Shown here: positions 8,660 through 19,266 of the stretch, piece after piece
Position numbering within the stretch: the stretch's first letter is position 1
Layout of the letters: each line of letters begins with the position of its first letter
Origin: Pseudomonadota bacterium
GTDB taxonomy: Bacteria > Bdellovibrionota > Bdellovibrionia > Bdellovibrionales > SG-bin7
Assembly: GCA_034439715.1 (NCBI GenBank)
Contig: JAWXAY010000010.1
Coordinates: 54,590 to 118,589 of the forward strand
Length of the DNA stretch: 64,000 bases
Reading direction: 5' to 3'
Made by a program: the position numbers and the translations under genes
The notes under the pieces: model-generated
The model's input: only the letters and a program-made list of their open reading frames with translations
Told to the model about the DNA's origin: nothing
Databases searched by the model: none

Positions 8660-9577
8660 TTTAAAGAGAACCTGGACCCATCACTTTGGAACTCAGATGA
8701 CTACTCTCATAGTATTGGCGGCATCATATGCGATTATTTGTTCATTTTTGACCTTAGGTCAAAATTTGAGAAACATTTTATCGCTTTGGGGTGACTCAAT
8801 TCAAATGACGGTTTTTTTAAAGGAAGAAACAAAAGAAGATAGTGGCAACGAAAAACTGACTCAACTAAAAACGAGGCTACAAGCTATAAACGGCGTAGAT
8901 GATGTAAAATATGTTTCGAAGCAAGAGGCCGCCGAAAAATTTAAAATGGAAATGTCGGGCTTTATGCCAGAAGTCTTTCAGGACGAAGAATTTATCGCAC
9001 CATTTCCATCGAGTTTTATTATAAGTTTCAAAGACCAACTAAAGCAAAAAATCGACACCCTAAGGCTTGCAGAAATTGCTAAACAAATATCAGGTTTTGA
9101 GGGAGCCGAGGACATTGCTTATGGTCAAGACTGGCTCAACAACTATGCCAGCTTTATTAAGGGAATAAATAGTATGGGGCTGGCATTGGTTTTAGTTCTC
9201 CTTTCAGGAAGTGTCTTCGTAGTCGGCACCTCTATAAAGACTTCTATTTCTGCGAGACGCGATGAAATCGAAATTATGGAACTCGTCGGGGCTACAAGTC
9301 AGATGATCAGGTGGCCCCTTGTCGTCGAAGGACTTTTTTTAGGACTTTTGGCTTCAACTGTGGCTGGTTTCTAACTTTTTTTGCTTTTACCTTTGTTAGA
9401 GAGTCCATGGCCACCCAGGCTTTTTTTCTAGCAGTTCAAAGCCAGTTCCAATTCTTAAGTGGGCTATATGTTTTCCTGTTCATTAGTACGGGAACAATTT
9501 GTGGAGGGCTAAGTGCCTTCTTCTTTGCAAGAAAGCTAAATCACGGATGGTTGGCATCTCAGAGATCCGAAGTTTGA
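8637..9577 (+). CDS. ftsX: Cell division permease FtsX, frameshifted near 9368-9372
   Basis: TM1, periplasmic domain, RRDEIEIMELVGAT...IRWP..VEG; frame 1 stops at 9374 and the last TM helices continue in the 9311-9577 frame. Confidence 0.85.
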
Positions 9578-10749
9578 AGAAGGAAATAATTAGCTCCATA
9601 AGCGGAGCTCTTGCCATGGTCCTATTCCTTCAGCCAGTAATTGCAATTGGTGAAAATTCAAACATGTCTTTAGAAGAAGGAGCCAAACAGAATATAATTG
9701 ATGCCTATAAAAGCGGAAAAATAAATTTAGAGGAGCTCGAAACTCAGCGAAGAGAAACACTGGGTGTCTTGTATAGAATCAATAGAATGATCCAAAGAAT
9801 AAACACTGAGAAGGCCCGGTTGACAGACAATTTATTGAGCCAAGAAAGTAAAATCAACCGCCTAACGAATGTTATTGGGAGCCTTCAGTCAAAAATCTTG
9901 GTGGAGAAAAAGAAAATGCGAGCACAGCTAAGGACCATCTATCAACTTTCAGGGCAGGGCGCGCTCCGCTTAGTTTTTTCAAATAAAACGTCACATGACC
10001 TGGATCGAGATTTAAAATTTCTTAATCTTCTTGTCGGAAAGAATTATACGGGACTCAGAGAATATCACAAATTAATCGCCTACAATAATCAACAGAGAAT
10101 AGCCCTAACCGACACCCTCAAGAATTACGAAGAACTTAAAAACAAAATTAAGGCAAAAGAAGAAGTACTGCTGGTAAAACAGCGAGAAAAAAAGGCTTTA
10201 GTTTCAAGAGTCGAACAAAAGCGCAGGGTTCAGATTTCTACTATTGGCGATTTACGGGACAAAACAAAAAATCTATTAAATTCGTCGGGCTCGGGTGACT
10301 CAGATTTAAAAAGTGTGTTACTAAAAAGTTTTTTCGAGCAGAAGAGCCGTCTTGAGAATCCTGTTAAAGGAAAGGTCAATCAGGAGTATGGGCTACTAAA
10401 GGGCGGACGGTTCAATTTGGCGATCAGCTCAAAAGGCCGTCAGTATGGCACTGTACTCCATGAGAGCGTACGTACCGTATATTCGGGTGTGGTAGCATTT
10501 GTGGGGCGATTAAAAACATTTGGGAAGACCTTAATAATTGATCACGGAGATCATTACTACACCGTTTATGCAAATCTGGCAGGAATCGATGTGAGCGTCG
10601 GCGACAAGGTAGGTACCCTTCAATCGATTGCCACGACAGGCGCATCTCATAAATTCGGAACAGGATTATATTTTGAAATTAGACATTTTTCAGAACCTGA
10701 GGATCCCTCTCGATGGATCAAGATGGTTTCAGATGGAGCAATACCATGA
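9574..10749 (+). CDS. envC: Murein hydrolase activator EnvC family (coiled coil + M23 domain)
   Basis: TTG start overlapping the ftsX TGA; long coiled coil; IIDHGDHYYTVYA and LYFEIR, lacking the HxH Zn ligands as in EnvC. Confidence 0.8.
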   Translation: MKKEIISSISGALAMVLFLQPVIAIGENSNMSLEEGAKQNIIDAYKSGKINLEELETQRRETLGVLYRINRMIQRINTEKARLTDNLLSQESKINRLTNVIGSLQSKILVEKKKMRAQLRTIYQLSGQGALRLVFSNKTSHDLDRDLKFLNLLVGKNYTGLREYHKLIAYNNQQRIALTDTLKNYEELKNKIKAKEEVLLVKQREKKALVSRVEQKRRVQISTIGDLRDKTKNLLNSSGSGDSDLKSVLLKSFFEQKSRLENPVKGKVNQEYGLLKGGRFNLAISSKGRQYGTVLHESVRTVYSGVVAFVGRLKTFGKTLIIDHGDHYYTVYANLAGIDVSVGDKVGTLQSIATTGASHKFGTGLYFEIRHFSEPEDPSRWIKMVSDGAIP

Positions 10750-12143
10750 GTCGAAGAAAGACGAAAATCATTCTGGGGACATTTATTTCGATTGTTACAA
10801 TTATCTGTGCTGCTCTGTTGTTTGGTGGACTTAACGGAAAGGTTTCGGCGGCTGACAGGTATTCTGACCTTCAGATTTTCACTAAGGTTTTAAATCTTAT
10901 CGGAAAGTATTACGTTGAAGAGGTTGATACCAAAAAACTTATTTACGGAAGCATCAAAGGGATGCTGAGAGAGCTAGATCCGCATACAAACTTTTTATCG
11001 CCAGAGGTATACGAAGAATTCGAGTCAGAAACATCGGGAAAGTTTGGCGGACTGGGTATTGAAATAACAATTCAGAAGGGGCAACTGACAATTATTGCTC
11101 CCATCGAAGATTCGCCCGCTTGGAAAGCGGGAATTAAGGCCGGGGACAAAATAATAGAAATCGACGGCGTTGTCACAAAGGGCTTAACGCTCGTAGAGGC
11201 AGCTCAAAAAATGCGAGGTGAAAAAGGTGCAAAAATAAAACTGACTATTTTTCGAGAGGGATTTACTGATCCGAAAGACTTTACAGTCACACGCGAAGTT
11301 ATAAAGCTCCATTCAGTTAAATACACAGACATGGAGGATGGCTATGTTTATATAAAGATCACTAACTTCATAGAAAACACCGAGAGTGACCTGCAAAAAC
11401 ATCTTGAGGCACATATCAAGAAATATAAAAATACAAAAGGCATTGTCTTAGATATGCGCGGCAACCCTGGTGGGATTTTGGATCAGGCCATTAAGGTCAG
11501 CGATATGTTTATCGAAGACGGAATAATCGTGTCCACTATTCCACGAGATGAGTCCGTCAAAGAGGTGGCTATGGCAAAAAAATCTAAAGACTACGTGGGA
11601 TTTCCAATTATCGTATTGATCAACGAATCCTCGGCCAGTGCTAGCGAAATTGTGGCGGGAGCTCTTCAAGATAACCAGCGGGCGCTTATCATGGGCCAGA
11701 GAAGTTTTGGCAAGGGTACCGTACAAACGGTGGTAAAACTGGGTGATGGCTCGGCACTAAAAATGACTACGGCTCGCTATTTTACCCCCAGTGGCAAATC
11801 CATTCAGGCCGAAGGCATTCATCCGGATATTATATTAGAACAAATTGAACCCGAGACCTTGGAGAAATCTGGCGGACAGGGCGCGGTAACACGTGAAGCC
11901 GATATCGACGGGCATCTTGGAAAAAAGAAGAAGTCGAAAGCAACTGCGCCGGGAACGATAAGCGAAGGTGACACTTTTGCCTTTTGGTGGAGTCAGACCA
12001 AGAACAAAGACACCAAAGATCTAAGCCCTAAACAAATGTTGTTGGGTCGTGATTTTCAAGCGCTGCAAGCCTATAATTATTTAAAGGCCTGGAGTGTGAT
12101 GAAATCTTTTGCCGTTCAACGCGCTAACAAGAGCGAAAAGTAA
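10746..12143 (+). CDS. ctpA: Carboxyl-terminal processing protease, S41 family
   Basis: LDPHT, PDZ GGLGIEI, LDMRGNPGG, SASASEIVAGALQD, FGKGTVQ; ATGA overlap with envC. Confidence 0.92.
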   Translation: MSRRKTKIILGTFISIVTIICAALLFGGLNGKVSAADRYSDLQIFTKVLNLIGKYYVEEVDTKKLIYGSIKGMLRELDPHTNFLSPEVYEEFESETSGKFGGLGIEITIQKGQLTIIAPIEDSPAWKAGIKAGDKIIEIDGVVTKGLTLVEAAQKMRGEKGAKIKLTIFREGFTDPKDFTVTREVIKLHSVKYTDMEDGYVYIKITNFIENTESDLQKHLEAHIKKYKNTKGIVLDMRGNPGGILDQAIKVSDMFIEDGIIVSTIPRDESVKEVAMAKKSKDYVGFPIIVLINESSASASEIVAGALQDNQRALIMGQRSFGKGTVQTVVKLGDGSALKMTTARYFTPSGKSIQAEGIHPDIILEQIEPETLEKSGGQGAVTREADIDGHLGKKKKSKATAPGTISEGDTFAFWWSQTKNKDTKDLSPKQMLLGRDFQALQAYNYLKAWSVMKSFAVQRANKSEK

Positions 12144-12161
12144 GGCGCGCTGAGTGCCTTA
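12141..12161. terminator. Hairpin between the convergent ctpA and tig stop codons
   Basis: TAAGGCGC-GCTGA-GTGCCTTA. Confidence 0.4.
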
Positions 12162-13469
12162 GGTTTGTGGGGGCGGCAGCTTATCTTTTTCGATTTCTTT
12201 TATTTTTGCTGTGGCTTCTAATAACTTAATCACATTATTTTCAGTGACTTGATAACTCAGGCGAGAACGTAGATCGGGGTTGCTGTAGTATTTTCGCAAT
12301 TCCGCGATATCAATACCTGTTGTTGTCGAATACTGAATGAGTTCTTTTTCAAGGTCGCCTTCCTTTGGCTTAAGATTGTTATCTCGAGCCAATTTATCGA
12401 CCAAAAAATAGGAATGGACTAAGAAGTTCGCGGTTTTGTCAAAATCAACATCCCAATCAGTTTTATATTTTTCGTACTCATCGGCGCTCATGCCCTGTGA
12501 CAACATGCGCTGCCTAAAATCTTCAACGAGTTTAGTTTTCTGTTCGTCTCTTAGGGACTTGGGAATTTCTACGGGATTGGCTTGAGTTAAAGCCTGCATT
12601 AAACGTTTTTTGAAATCCTCACGAATGCGCCCTTCTTCTTGTGTGGTGACATTTTTTTGAAGCTCTTCTTTAAATTCGGCCAAGGTACTTTTGCCAAATT
12701 TTTTGGCGAACTCATCATCAAGTACAGGAACATGTTTTTCACGAATTTCGATAACTTTAACTTTAAACGTAACGGTTTTGCCGGCAATCTCTTTGAAATG
12801 GTAGTCGCCGGGCATGGCTTGTTCAAAACTTTTTTCGTCGCCGGGTTGTAATCCCATCAAGTGCTCTTCAAACCCAGGCACAAACTGACCACCGCCAATT
12901 TCGACCGGCATTTTTTCGCCTTTTACTTCTTTGATGGCGACACCATTCTCAAAACCTTCAAAATCAACTACTACCGAATCACCTGTATGCGCGGGTCGAG
13001 TTTCCTTAACGGTTTCAAGCCGAGTTTGTCTCTGTTGAAGTTGTGCCACATGCTCTTCAATCATGGCGTCTGTGACGTTTAGTTTTTCTTTCAAAACATC
13101 CAGATTTTCAAAATTTATTTTTGAGATTTCAGGTTTAATTTCGAAAGAGGCCGTAAACTTTAAATCGAGATCTTCGCCAACAGTTTCTATATCTACCGAA
13201 GGGGCATTTACGGGAATAAGGGCATGCTCACCAAGTGCTTTGCTATAGTGGGTTTGAATAAGATCTTGTACGACATCCGGAAAAAGTCGGTCTTTATACA
13301 TACCCCGAATCATATCTAAAGGAGCCTTGCCTTTGCGGAAGCCCTTGATTTCAGCGTGTTTTTGCGCATTTTTATAGGCGCGATCAAATGCTTCTTTAAC
13401 AAGTGCTACTGGTACTTCGATGTTGAGCTTTCGCTCAAGGGCTGATACTTTTTGTAAGTCAGATTTCAT
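12159..13469 (-). CDS. tig: Trigger factor
   Basis: GFRKGKAP ribosome-binding signature; FKBP domain (VDFEG...FVPGFEE); start MKSDLQ at 13469. Confidence 0.93.
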   Translation of the reverse strand: MKSDLQKVSALERKLNIEVPVALVKEAFDRAYKNAQKHAEIKGFRKGKAPLDMIRGMYKDRLFPDVVQDLIQTHYSKALGEHALIPVNAPSVDIETVGEDLDLKFTASFEIKPEISKINFENLDVLKEKLNVTDAMIEEHVAQLQQRQTRLETVKETRPAHTGDSVVVDFEGFENGVAIKEVKGEKMPVEIGGGQFVPGFEEHLMGLQPGDEKSFEQAMPGDYHFKEIAGKTVTFKVKVIEIREKHVPVLDDEFAKKFGKSTLAEFKEELQKNVTTQEEGRIREDFKKRLMQALTQANPVEIPKSLRDEQKTKLVEDFRQRMLSQGMSADEYEKYKTDWDVDFDKTANFLVHSYFLVDKLARDNNLKPKEGDLEKELIQYSTTTGIDIAELRKYYSNPDLRSRLSYQVTENNVIKLLEATAKIKEIEKDKLPPPQT

Positions 13470-13533
13470 AATTTTCTCCGTAAAACCAGGGGAATATAGA
13501 GTACACAAATGCACATGGCAAGGATCATATAAT

Positions 13534-14415
13534 TTGAAGACGCAAAAAATAGCATTTGTAACAGGCAAGGGTGGGACTGGGAAGTCAATGGTCGCTTTAT
13601 CTATGGCATACCACCAGGCTGTTTTAGGCAAAAAAACATTGTTAGTAGAACTGGCGGAGAGTAGTTTTTTTCAATTTTTGACCGATAAAATCCAATTGGA
13701 TTTTGCCCCCCAAGAAGTAAAATCGAATCTTTATGTCTCTAGATGGGATGGCGCTACCTGTCTTCGTGATTATTTTTTGCACTTAGTACGCTCCGAAACG
13801 CTCTTAAAAATAATTTTCGATAATCCATTTATGAAAACCCTAGTAGATGTTGGCCCATCGCTTTCAGAACTAGCAATTGTTGGAAAAATTACAAGCGGCG
13901 CAAGAGAGATCGGGCCTCAAATGGATTTTGACTTAATTGTGATCGACGCCTATGCGACGGGGCATATGTTGGCCTTGATTCGCGCCCCTTTTGGGATCGC
14001 GGAAGCCGTGAAAATCGGACCCATGGCTACACAATGCCGAGACATTATTAAGACTCTTCGAGATAAAGAGGTTACGAGTTATTACATTGTAACTATCCCG
14101 GAGGAATTGGCAATAACAGAGTCCATAGAGCTGTGGAATGCGCTGAATCTAGAAATAGGAGTAATCCCCAAGTTTATTTGCAACAAGCTCGTAATGCCGC
14201 CAATTACTAAGACCGAGCTCATCGAGTTAAGCCGAGAACCTATTGGTGAAGGTGCTAGCGGTTTTATAAAATTTATTTTGGATAAGGTAGAGTTTCAGGC
14301 AGTTCAATTAGAAAAAATAAAAGACCTTGCCGGGCCGGTAGTTGAAATTCCTCATTTTTTAACTGCTAAATCTACCGATTTAGTTGATAAAATGTCTTGG
14401 TACTTGAAAATTTAA
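13534..14415 (+). CDS. ArsA/Get3-like ATPase, first of a pair
   Basis: GKGGTGKS deviant Walker A, DAYATGH, VTIPEELAITES; TTG start at 13534. Confidence 0.8.
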   Translation: MKTQKIAFVTGKGGTGKSMVALSMAYHQAVLGKKTLLVELAESSFFQFLTDKIQLDFAPQEVKSNLYVSRWDGATCLRDYFLHLVRSETLLKIIFDNPFMKTLVDVGPSLSELAIVGKITSGAREIGPQMDFDLIVIDAYATGHMLALIRAPFGIAEAVKIGPMATQCRDIIKTLRDKEVTSYYIVTIPEELAITESIELWNALNLEIGVIPKFICNKLVMPPITKTELIELSREPIGEGASGFIKFILDKVEFQAVQLEKIKDLAGPVVEIPHFLTAKSTDLVDKMSWYLKI

Positions 14416-14416
14416 T

Positions 14417-15469
14417 ATGGATGAAATTCTAAAAAAATATAAAGTTATCATTTGCGCTGGCAGCGGTGGCGTAGGCAAAACCACAATTGCTGCTGCCCTG
14501 GCTGTAAGGGCGGCAGAGTCCGGCATGAATGTGCTTGTACTTACTATTGATCCTTCAAGGCGGCTCGCAACTTCTCTGGGAATATCTAAGGATATTGATC
14601 AAGATGTTTTTGTTCCTCAGCAGAAATTTAAGGGTAAACTTTATGCGGCCGTATTAAATTCGAAAAAAACATTCGATGATTTTGTTATGAGGTGTGCGAC
14701 CAATCCAGAAGTGGCAAAAAAGTTTATGAAAAACCGCCTTTATATTCAAATGTCTACCAAGCTCAGTGGCTCCCAGGAGTTTACAGCCATGGAGCGGCTT
14801 TACTCGAGTTTTGAATCAGCAAAGTATGACCTAATAATTTTAGATACTCCGCCTACTAAGCACGCCGTAGATTTTTTGCGAGCGCCGCAAAAATTAAATG
14901 CCATGTTCACTCAATCGATGTCGCAATGGCTTATCGGCGCCCAAGAAAAATCCAAATCGTTTTTTTCGAGGTTTTTAGGACCTTCTCAGGTCTTTCGTAT
15001 CCTCGCTAAGGTCACTGGGGCCCAATTTGTCGATGAGCTGGTCGACTTTTTTCAAAACATTCAGGCTTGGCAAGAAAAAGTGGGACAAAGGACCATTGAC
15101 GTCCACCGGCTACTCACCAGTGAGAAAACAGGTTTTGTTTTGATTTCTTCTTTTGATAGCAATAAAATAGAAGAGGCTAAGTATTTTTACAAAGAGATAC
15201 AGAGAGATGGGCACCATTTAGCAGGGGTTATTATTAACCGCTCTCTGCCAGTATGGGGTAGGACAGAAAAAGAGGGGCCTTCTAAGCTGGCCAACTATTA
15301 CGAGGAGTTTGTGAAATATTACTCTGAAAGAGAAAATTCATTTGTTGAGTTTCAAAGGAGCGTGGCGCCAGGAACAAGCTTTGTGAGGATTCCTGATTTT
15401 AATCAAGACGTCAGTGGGCTTGAAAGCCTGACTGAAATATCTCATTTATTGGTAGGAGGGCGAGCCTGA
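14417..15469 (+). CDS. ArsA/Get3-like ATPase, second of a pair
   Basis: GSGGVGKTT, TIDPSRRLATSLG, GSQEFTAME, LDTPPT. Confidence 0.85.
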   Translation: MDEILKKYKVIICAGSGGVGKTTIAAALAVRAAESGMNVLVLTIDPSRRLATSLGISKDIDQDVFVPQQKFKGKLYAAVLNSKKTFDDFVMRCATNPEVAKKFMKNRLYIQMSTKLSGSQEFTAMERLYSSFESAKYDLIILDTPPTKHAVDFLRAPQKLNAMFTQSMSQWLIGAQEKSKSFFSRFLGPSQVFRILAKVTGAQFVDELVDFFQNIQAWQEKVGQRTIDVHRLLTSEKTGFVLISSFDSNKIEEAKYFYKEIQRDGHHLAGVIINRSLPVWGRTEKEGPSKLANYYEEFVKYYSERENSFVEFQRSVAPGTSFVRIPDFNQDVSGLESLTEISHLLVGGRA

Positions 15470-16600
15470 ATGAAACACCTTGTCTCGATTTTATTGTTGT
15501 CATCTTGTCTTTTGAATTGTACTGCGAAAAAGAAAAAATTAGAAATGGAGCAAGCCTATGTAGAAGGGGTCAGTGACTCAAAGCTCATAAGTAATATAGA
15601 AATGCTTATTGAAAAAGAAAAATATGCCGAGGCCTTGGCCGAAACAAAAGCCTTTCAAGAAAAAAAATCTCCGTCGAAATATAGTCAGGACGTAAATTAT
15701 TACAGCGCTCGCGCCGCCGAGGGATTAGAAAATTGGGAAGGGGCATTTGCGGGTTACCGCGAAGTCATTCGGAATCCTATTACAACGGACGAAATTAAAA
15801 ATAAGGCTCTCTATCGCCAATCATTTGTTTATGAGGCTTTAAACCAGGACGAAAAAGTCGTTGCCACCTTGCTTGACCTAAAAAAAAGAAAGGTAAAAGT
15901 GCGAGACCAGGTATTTTTAGCAGAAATTCCTGCCCGATTAGCATCCATATATGCCCGCTTGGGGAATCGAAAAATGGCTGATAGCTATTACGCAGAGGCC
16001 GAGGCAGGAATAAAGGAACTTCAGGCGACTCAGCCCTCGGGAGACCATCGAAAATGGTTACCCAAGACCCTATTTTTTATGGGTAATATGTCGGCGAGAG
16101 AGTTTCGCGAACAAGACTTTGAGGCCAGCATTAAGCCTCTCGAAAAAGCACAGGGTTATCTGTTAAGAGCAATGACAATGAAAGACGAAGTCTGGTCAAA
16201 AAAAGCTTCTGAGGAGCTTTACAAAATCTATAAGGACATCACATTGGCTATTTCTAGGGTCCAACTACCAGAGAACACCGACGAAGAAGTTGCACAGAAA
16301 GAAGCTCAAACAAAAAAATGGCAAATGGCAACGACAGCGACGGAGTCATTGAAAAGACTGCGAATGGCATTGGATGCAGAGACAGATATTTCTTCAGAAA
16401 GCAAATTGAGTTTTATGACGTTTTTAGATGAACAGGAGCGAGAGATGGGCAAAGTTTTAGAGGAAACTCCCATTACATCGCGAATGACGGTCGAAGCGCA
16501 AAAAAGGCAAGGGCTCAAACGCGCAGGACGAGTAGAAAATCCTGATCCTATGTTAGAAGAGCTGCCCAAAAAGGTTCCAAAAAAAGGACCGAAAAAATGA
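15470..16600 (+). CDS. TPR-containing lipoprotein
   Basis: Signal peptide with Cys (LLNC); TPR-like helices such as YYSARAAEGLENWEGAFAGY. Confidence 0.65.
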   Translation: MKHLVSILLLSSCLLNCTAKKKKLEMEQAYVEGVSDSKLISNIEMLIEKEKYAEALAETKAFQEKKSPSKYSQDVNYYSARAAEGLENWEGAFAGYREVIRNPITTDEIKNKALYRQSFVYEALNQDEKVVATLLDLKKRKVKVRDQVFLAEIPARLASIYARLGNRKMADSYYAEAEAGIKELQATQPSGDHRKWLPKTLFFMGNMSAREFREQDFEASIKPLEKAQGYLLRAMTMKDEVWSKKASEELYKIYKDITLAISRVQLPENTDEEVAQKEAQTKKWQMATTATESLKRLRMALDAETDISSESKLSFMTFLDEQEREMGKVLEETPITSRMTVEAQKRQGLKRAGRVENPDPMLEELPKKVPKKGPKK

Positions 16601-17370
16601 CATCGTTAGTGAGTCTTTTTAGCTCGGGATTTGCCGCGCCCCTTAAGGGAATTGTCTTTATTTTTAAGAATCCTTCGCTTTGGATTTGGGCCCTACTGCC
16701 TTTTTTCTTAAACGCGGTTCTCGTTGTAGTTTCGTTTTCTTGGGCCTTTCAAAATTTGGCTGATATGGTGTTTTCAGTTTTGGCCTTCTTAGGCTTTTCC
16801 GTCCATTCCGGAGTGTTTGCTTGGATGCTTTTCTATTTTTTTAAAATATTACTTTGGATTATTTTTTTTATTTTCCTTTCTTTTGTGGCTTACCTATTTG
16901 GTCAAATTATTTCGTCACCTTTTAGCGCGGTTTTATCAGAAAAATCATTGATAAAACTCAATGTCATTAAGGATAGGCCGTTCCTATTAAAGATCTGGCT
17001 AGCAACAAGCATAAAAATGATGCGAATTTCTCTCGTTAAGGGAGTCCTATTTTTATTAATTGGGGTAGTACTTTTTTTTGCAGGAATGATTCCTGTCATA
17101 AATATTTTAGTGCCCTTCGCTGTACTTCTGACTATTGCGTTCGACAGTGCTGATTACTCATTTGAGAATTTGCATATGACCTTGCGCGAAAGGCTCGCAT
17201 TTTTTAGAAAGAATTTTTCGATTTTTGCGGGATATTCAATGGCACTCGGGATAGTGCTGTTCGTGCCGGGATTAAATTTTTTTCTGTTTCCGGCTTCAGT
17301 GGTTGGCTCCTCACTCTTAATTGCCCAAATAAAAGACCCTCCAGAGGACGCACCAAATGTTAAAAGCTAA
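16597..17370 (+). CDS. EI24/CysZ-like membrane protein
   Basis: WALLPFFLN, IISSPFSAVLSEK, DYSFE, PGLNFFLFPASVVG pattern. Confidence 0.75.
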   Translation: MTSLVSLFSSGFAAPLKGIVFIFKNPSLWIWALLPFFLNAVLVVVSFSWAFQNLADMVFSVLAFLGFSVHSGVFAWMLFYFFKILLWIIFFIFLSFVAYLFGQIISSPFSAVLSEKSLIKLNVIKDRPFLLKIWLATSIKMMRISLVKGVLFLLIGVVLFFAGMIPVINILVPFAVLLTIAFDSADYSFENLHMTLRERLAFFRKNFSIFAGYSMALGIVLFVPGLNFFLFPASVVGSSLLIAQIKDPPEDAPNVKS

Positions 17371-18583
17371 AATCCATGACCAAGTTGTCAAAAAGCGAAA
17401 AGATATTGAAAAGTGGTTTTCTGAAAAAAGAAAAGAGTTAAAATTCCCAATCTACTCTAGCTTTGATATTCGAGACTCAGGGTATAAAATAGCCAATGTC
17501 GATGCCAATATTTTTCCGGCGGGATTTAATAACATATGCGAGGTAGATCGCGACCGAGCTCCGACCCTTGTCGCCAATTATTTAAAAAACCATTATAGTG
17601 AAAATTTAAAAAACATTGTTCTCCTCACCGAAGAACACACTCACAATTCTTACTACTGGGAAAATATTTGGGCACTAAAAAATATTTTTGAAAAAGCCGG
17701 CAAGATAGTCAGAATCGCCATTCCGCGTGAATTTTCTGGGCATTTTCAAGCTGACACAGCGAATGGAAATAAAATAGATGTGTACTCTGCAATTCGTAAA
17801 GGCACTTCGCTAGAGGTCGACGGCATGACTCCCGATTTAGTCGTAAGCAATAACGATTTTTCTGAGTCTTATGCCGACTGGTACGCCGGGCTAAAAGCGA
17901 CGATCAATCCGCCTCGAGAAATGGGTTGGTATAGGCGCAAAAAAAGTGATTATTTTCGCGAGTACAATTCGGTCATGGCAGAGTTTTCACAGGTTATCGA
18001 AGTTGATCCCTGGTGTCTTCAGGTTGATACCGAATTATTTGAGCACTTTGATATTGGGGACGAAAAAGTGATGGGCGAGGTGGCCAGTAAAGTCGACATC
18101 ATGATCAAAAGAATTCAAGAAAAATACCTCCAACACGGAATTGCCGAAGCGCCCTTTATTTTTATAAAAAACAATTCAGGTACATATGGGTTAGGTGTTC
18201 TGCAGGTGAAATCGGGCGAGGAGGTCATGAAACTCAACTACAAGGGCAGAAAAAAAATGAAAGCCGCCAAAGGCGGTCGAGAGGTCAGTGAAGTTATTAT
18301 TCAAGAGGGAATCTCGACAAGCCTGGTGTCGGGCACGGCCGTCGCAGAGCCCACTATATATCTGTTGGGCTGTGAACTACTAGGAGGATTTCTGCGCACC
18401 CACAGCGATAAGAGTTCGCAGGAAAGTTTGAACAGCCCCGGCGCTGTCTATAAACGTCTTTGTGTTTCTGACCTCGAGATCAACGTCGAGGGCAAACCAA
18501 TGGAAAACGTCTACGGCTGGATTGCGAGGCTGGGACTTCTGGCAATTGGTCGAGAGTACAACTCATTTCTAAAGACCTTATAA
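17357..18583 (+). CDS. gshA: Glutamate--cysteine ligase
   Basis: YSSFDIRDSGYKIANVDANIFPAGFNN, EEHTHNSYY, KNNSGTYGLG, IIQEG, ESLNSPG. Confidence 0.88.
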   Translation: MLKAKIHDQVVKKRKDIEKWFSEKRKELKFPIYSSFDIRDSGYKIANVDANIFPAGFNNICEVDRDRAPTLVANYLKNHYSENLKNIVLLTEEHTHNSYYWENIWALKNIFEKAGKIVRIAIPREFSGHFQADTANGNKIDVYSAIRKGTSLEVDGMTPDLVVSNNDFSESYADWYAGLKATINPPREMGWYRRKKSDYFREYNSVMAEFSQVIEVDPWCLQVDTELFEHFDIGDEKVMGEVASKVDIMIKRIQEKYLQHGIAEAPFIFIKNNSGTYGLGVLQVKSGEEVMKLNYKGRKKMKAAKGGREVSEVIIQEGISTSLVSGTAVAEPTIYLLGCELLGGFLRTHSDKSSQESLNSPGAVYKRLCVSDLEINVEGKPMENVYGWIARLGLLAIGREYNSFLKTL

Positions 18584-18603
18584 TTTCGAGACGATAAGCG
18601 GGT

Positions 18604-19266
18604 GTGGAGGTCTATCTGCACGATAATAAGTATGTGCATGGCTCTTTTTTATTCGCCTTTTTTTTCGCTGTCGGTTGGTGGTGGGGTGCTATGCCTTCTA
18701 GTAGTATCGAGGATTTTTTAAAAAGTAGAAATCCCGCCAATATGGACGCACAAAATGACCTCTCCTCTTTTCAAGGCGAAGAGTTAGAGTCACGAACAAA
18801 GTCTATTTTACTAGATAATGTGCGAGTCACTAAAGATCAATCTGGCGAGAACTTTGGTGTGGAGATCGGACATTTCGTGGTTCGTGGCGATGGCGACGAA
18901 AAAGAATTTGCCTGCGGTTATTTTGAACGCGTGACTTTGATTTTTAGAGGGGAGGGGATCGCCACTAGCGGTCATCCTCCAGAAATGATTGTGTCCGCAA
19001 ACTGTGAAGTATCAAAAAATATAAATCGACTAAAGGCGCTGTGGATTCCATTTGTAAAAATTCGAGATCAACAAGCGAGTGATTTTATCGTGACCTTTGA
19101 CGGATACCCCAAGATTGAATTTAAACATATGTCCGGCGACTGGCCTGTGACTTGGTATTTGCACACGGTACGCCTAGATAGCGAACAGTTTCCTGAGCGA
19201 ATGATCGAAGCCGACATGGAAAGTGCCGGCAAAGCTGTGCTCTATCAACTAGATTTTCTGAATTAA
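18604..19266 (+). CDS. Hypothetical membrane-anchored protein
   Basis: N-terminal hydrophobic segment followed by RNPA; start uncertain. Confidence 0.6.
   Translation: MEVYLHDNKYVHGSFLFAFFFAVGWWWGAMPSSSIEDFLKSRNPANMDAQNDLSSFQGEELESRTKSILLDNVRVTKDQSGENFGVEIGHFVVRGDGDEKEFACGYFERVTLIFRGEGIATSGHPPEMIVSANCEVSKNINRLKALWIPFVKIRDQQASDFIVTFDGYPKIEFKHMSGDWPVTWYLHTVRLDSEQFPERMIEADMESAGKAVLYQLDFLN

Noticed and set aside
13470..13631. Apparent overlap of tig and the ArsA-like ORF
   Set aside because: Artefact of longest-ORF starts; likely starts are 13469 (minus) and 13534 (plus).
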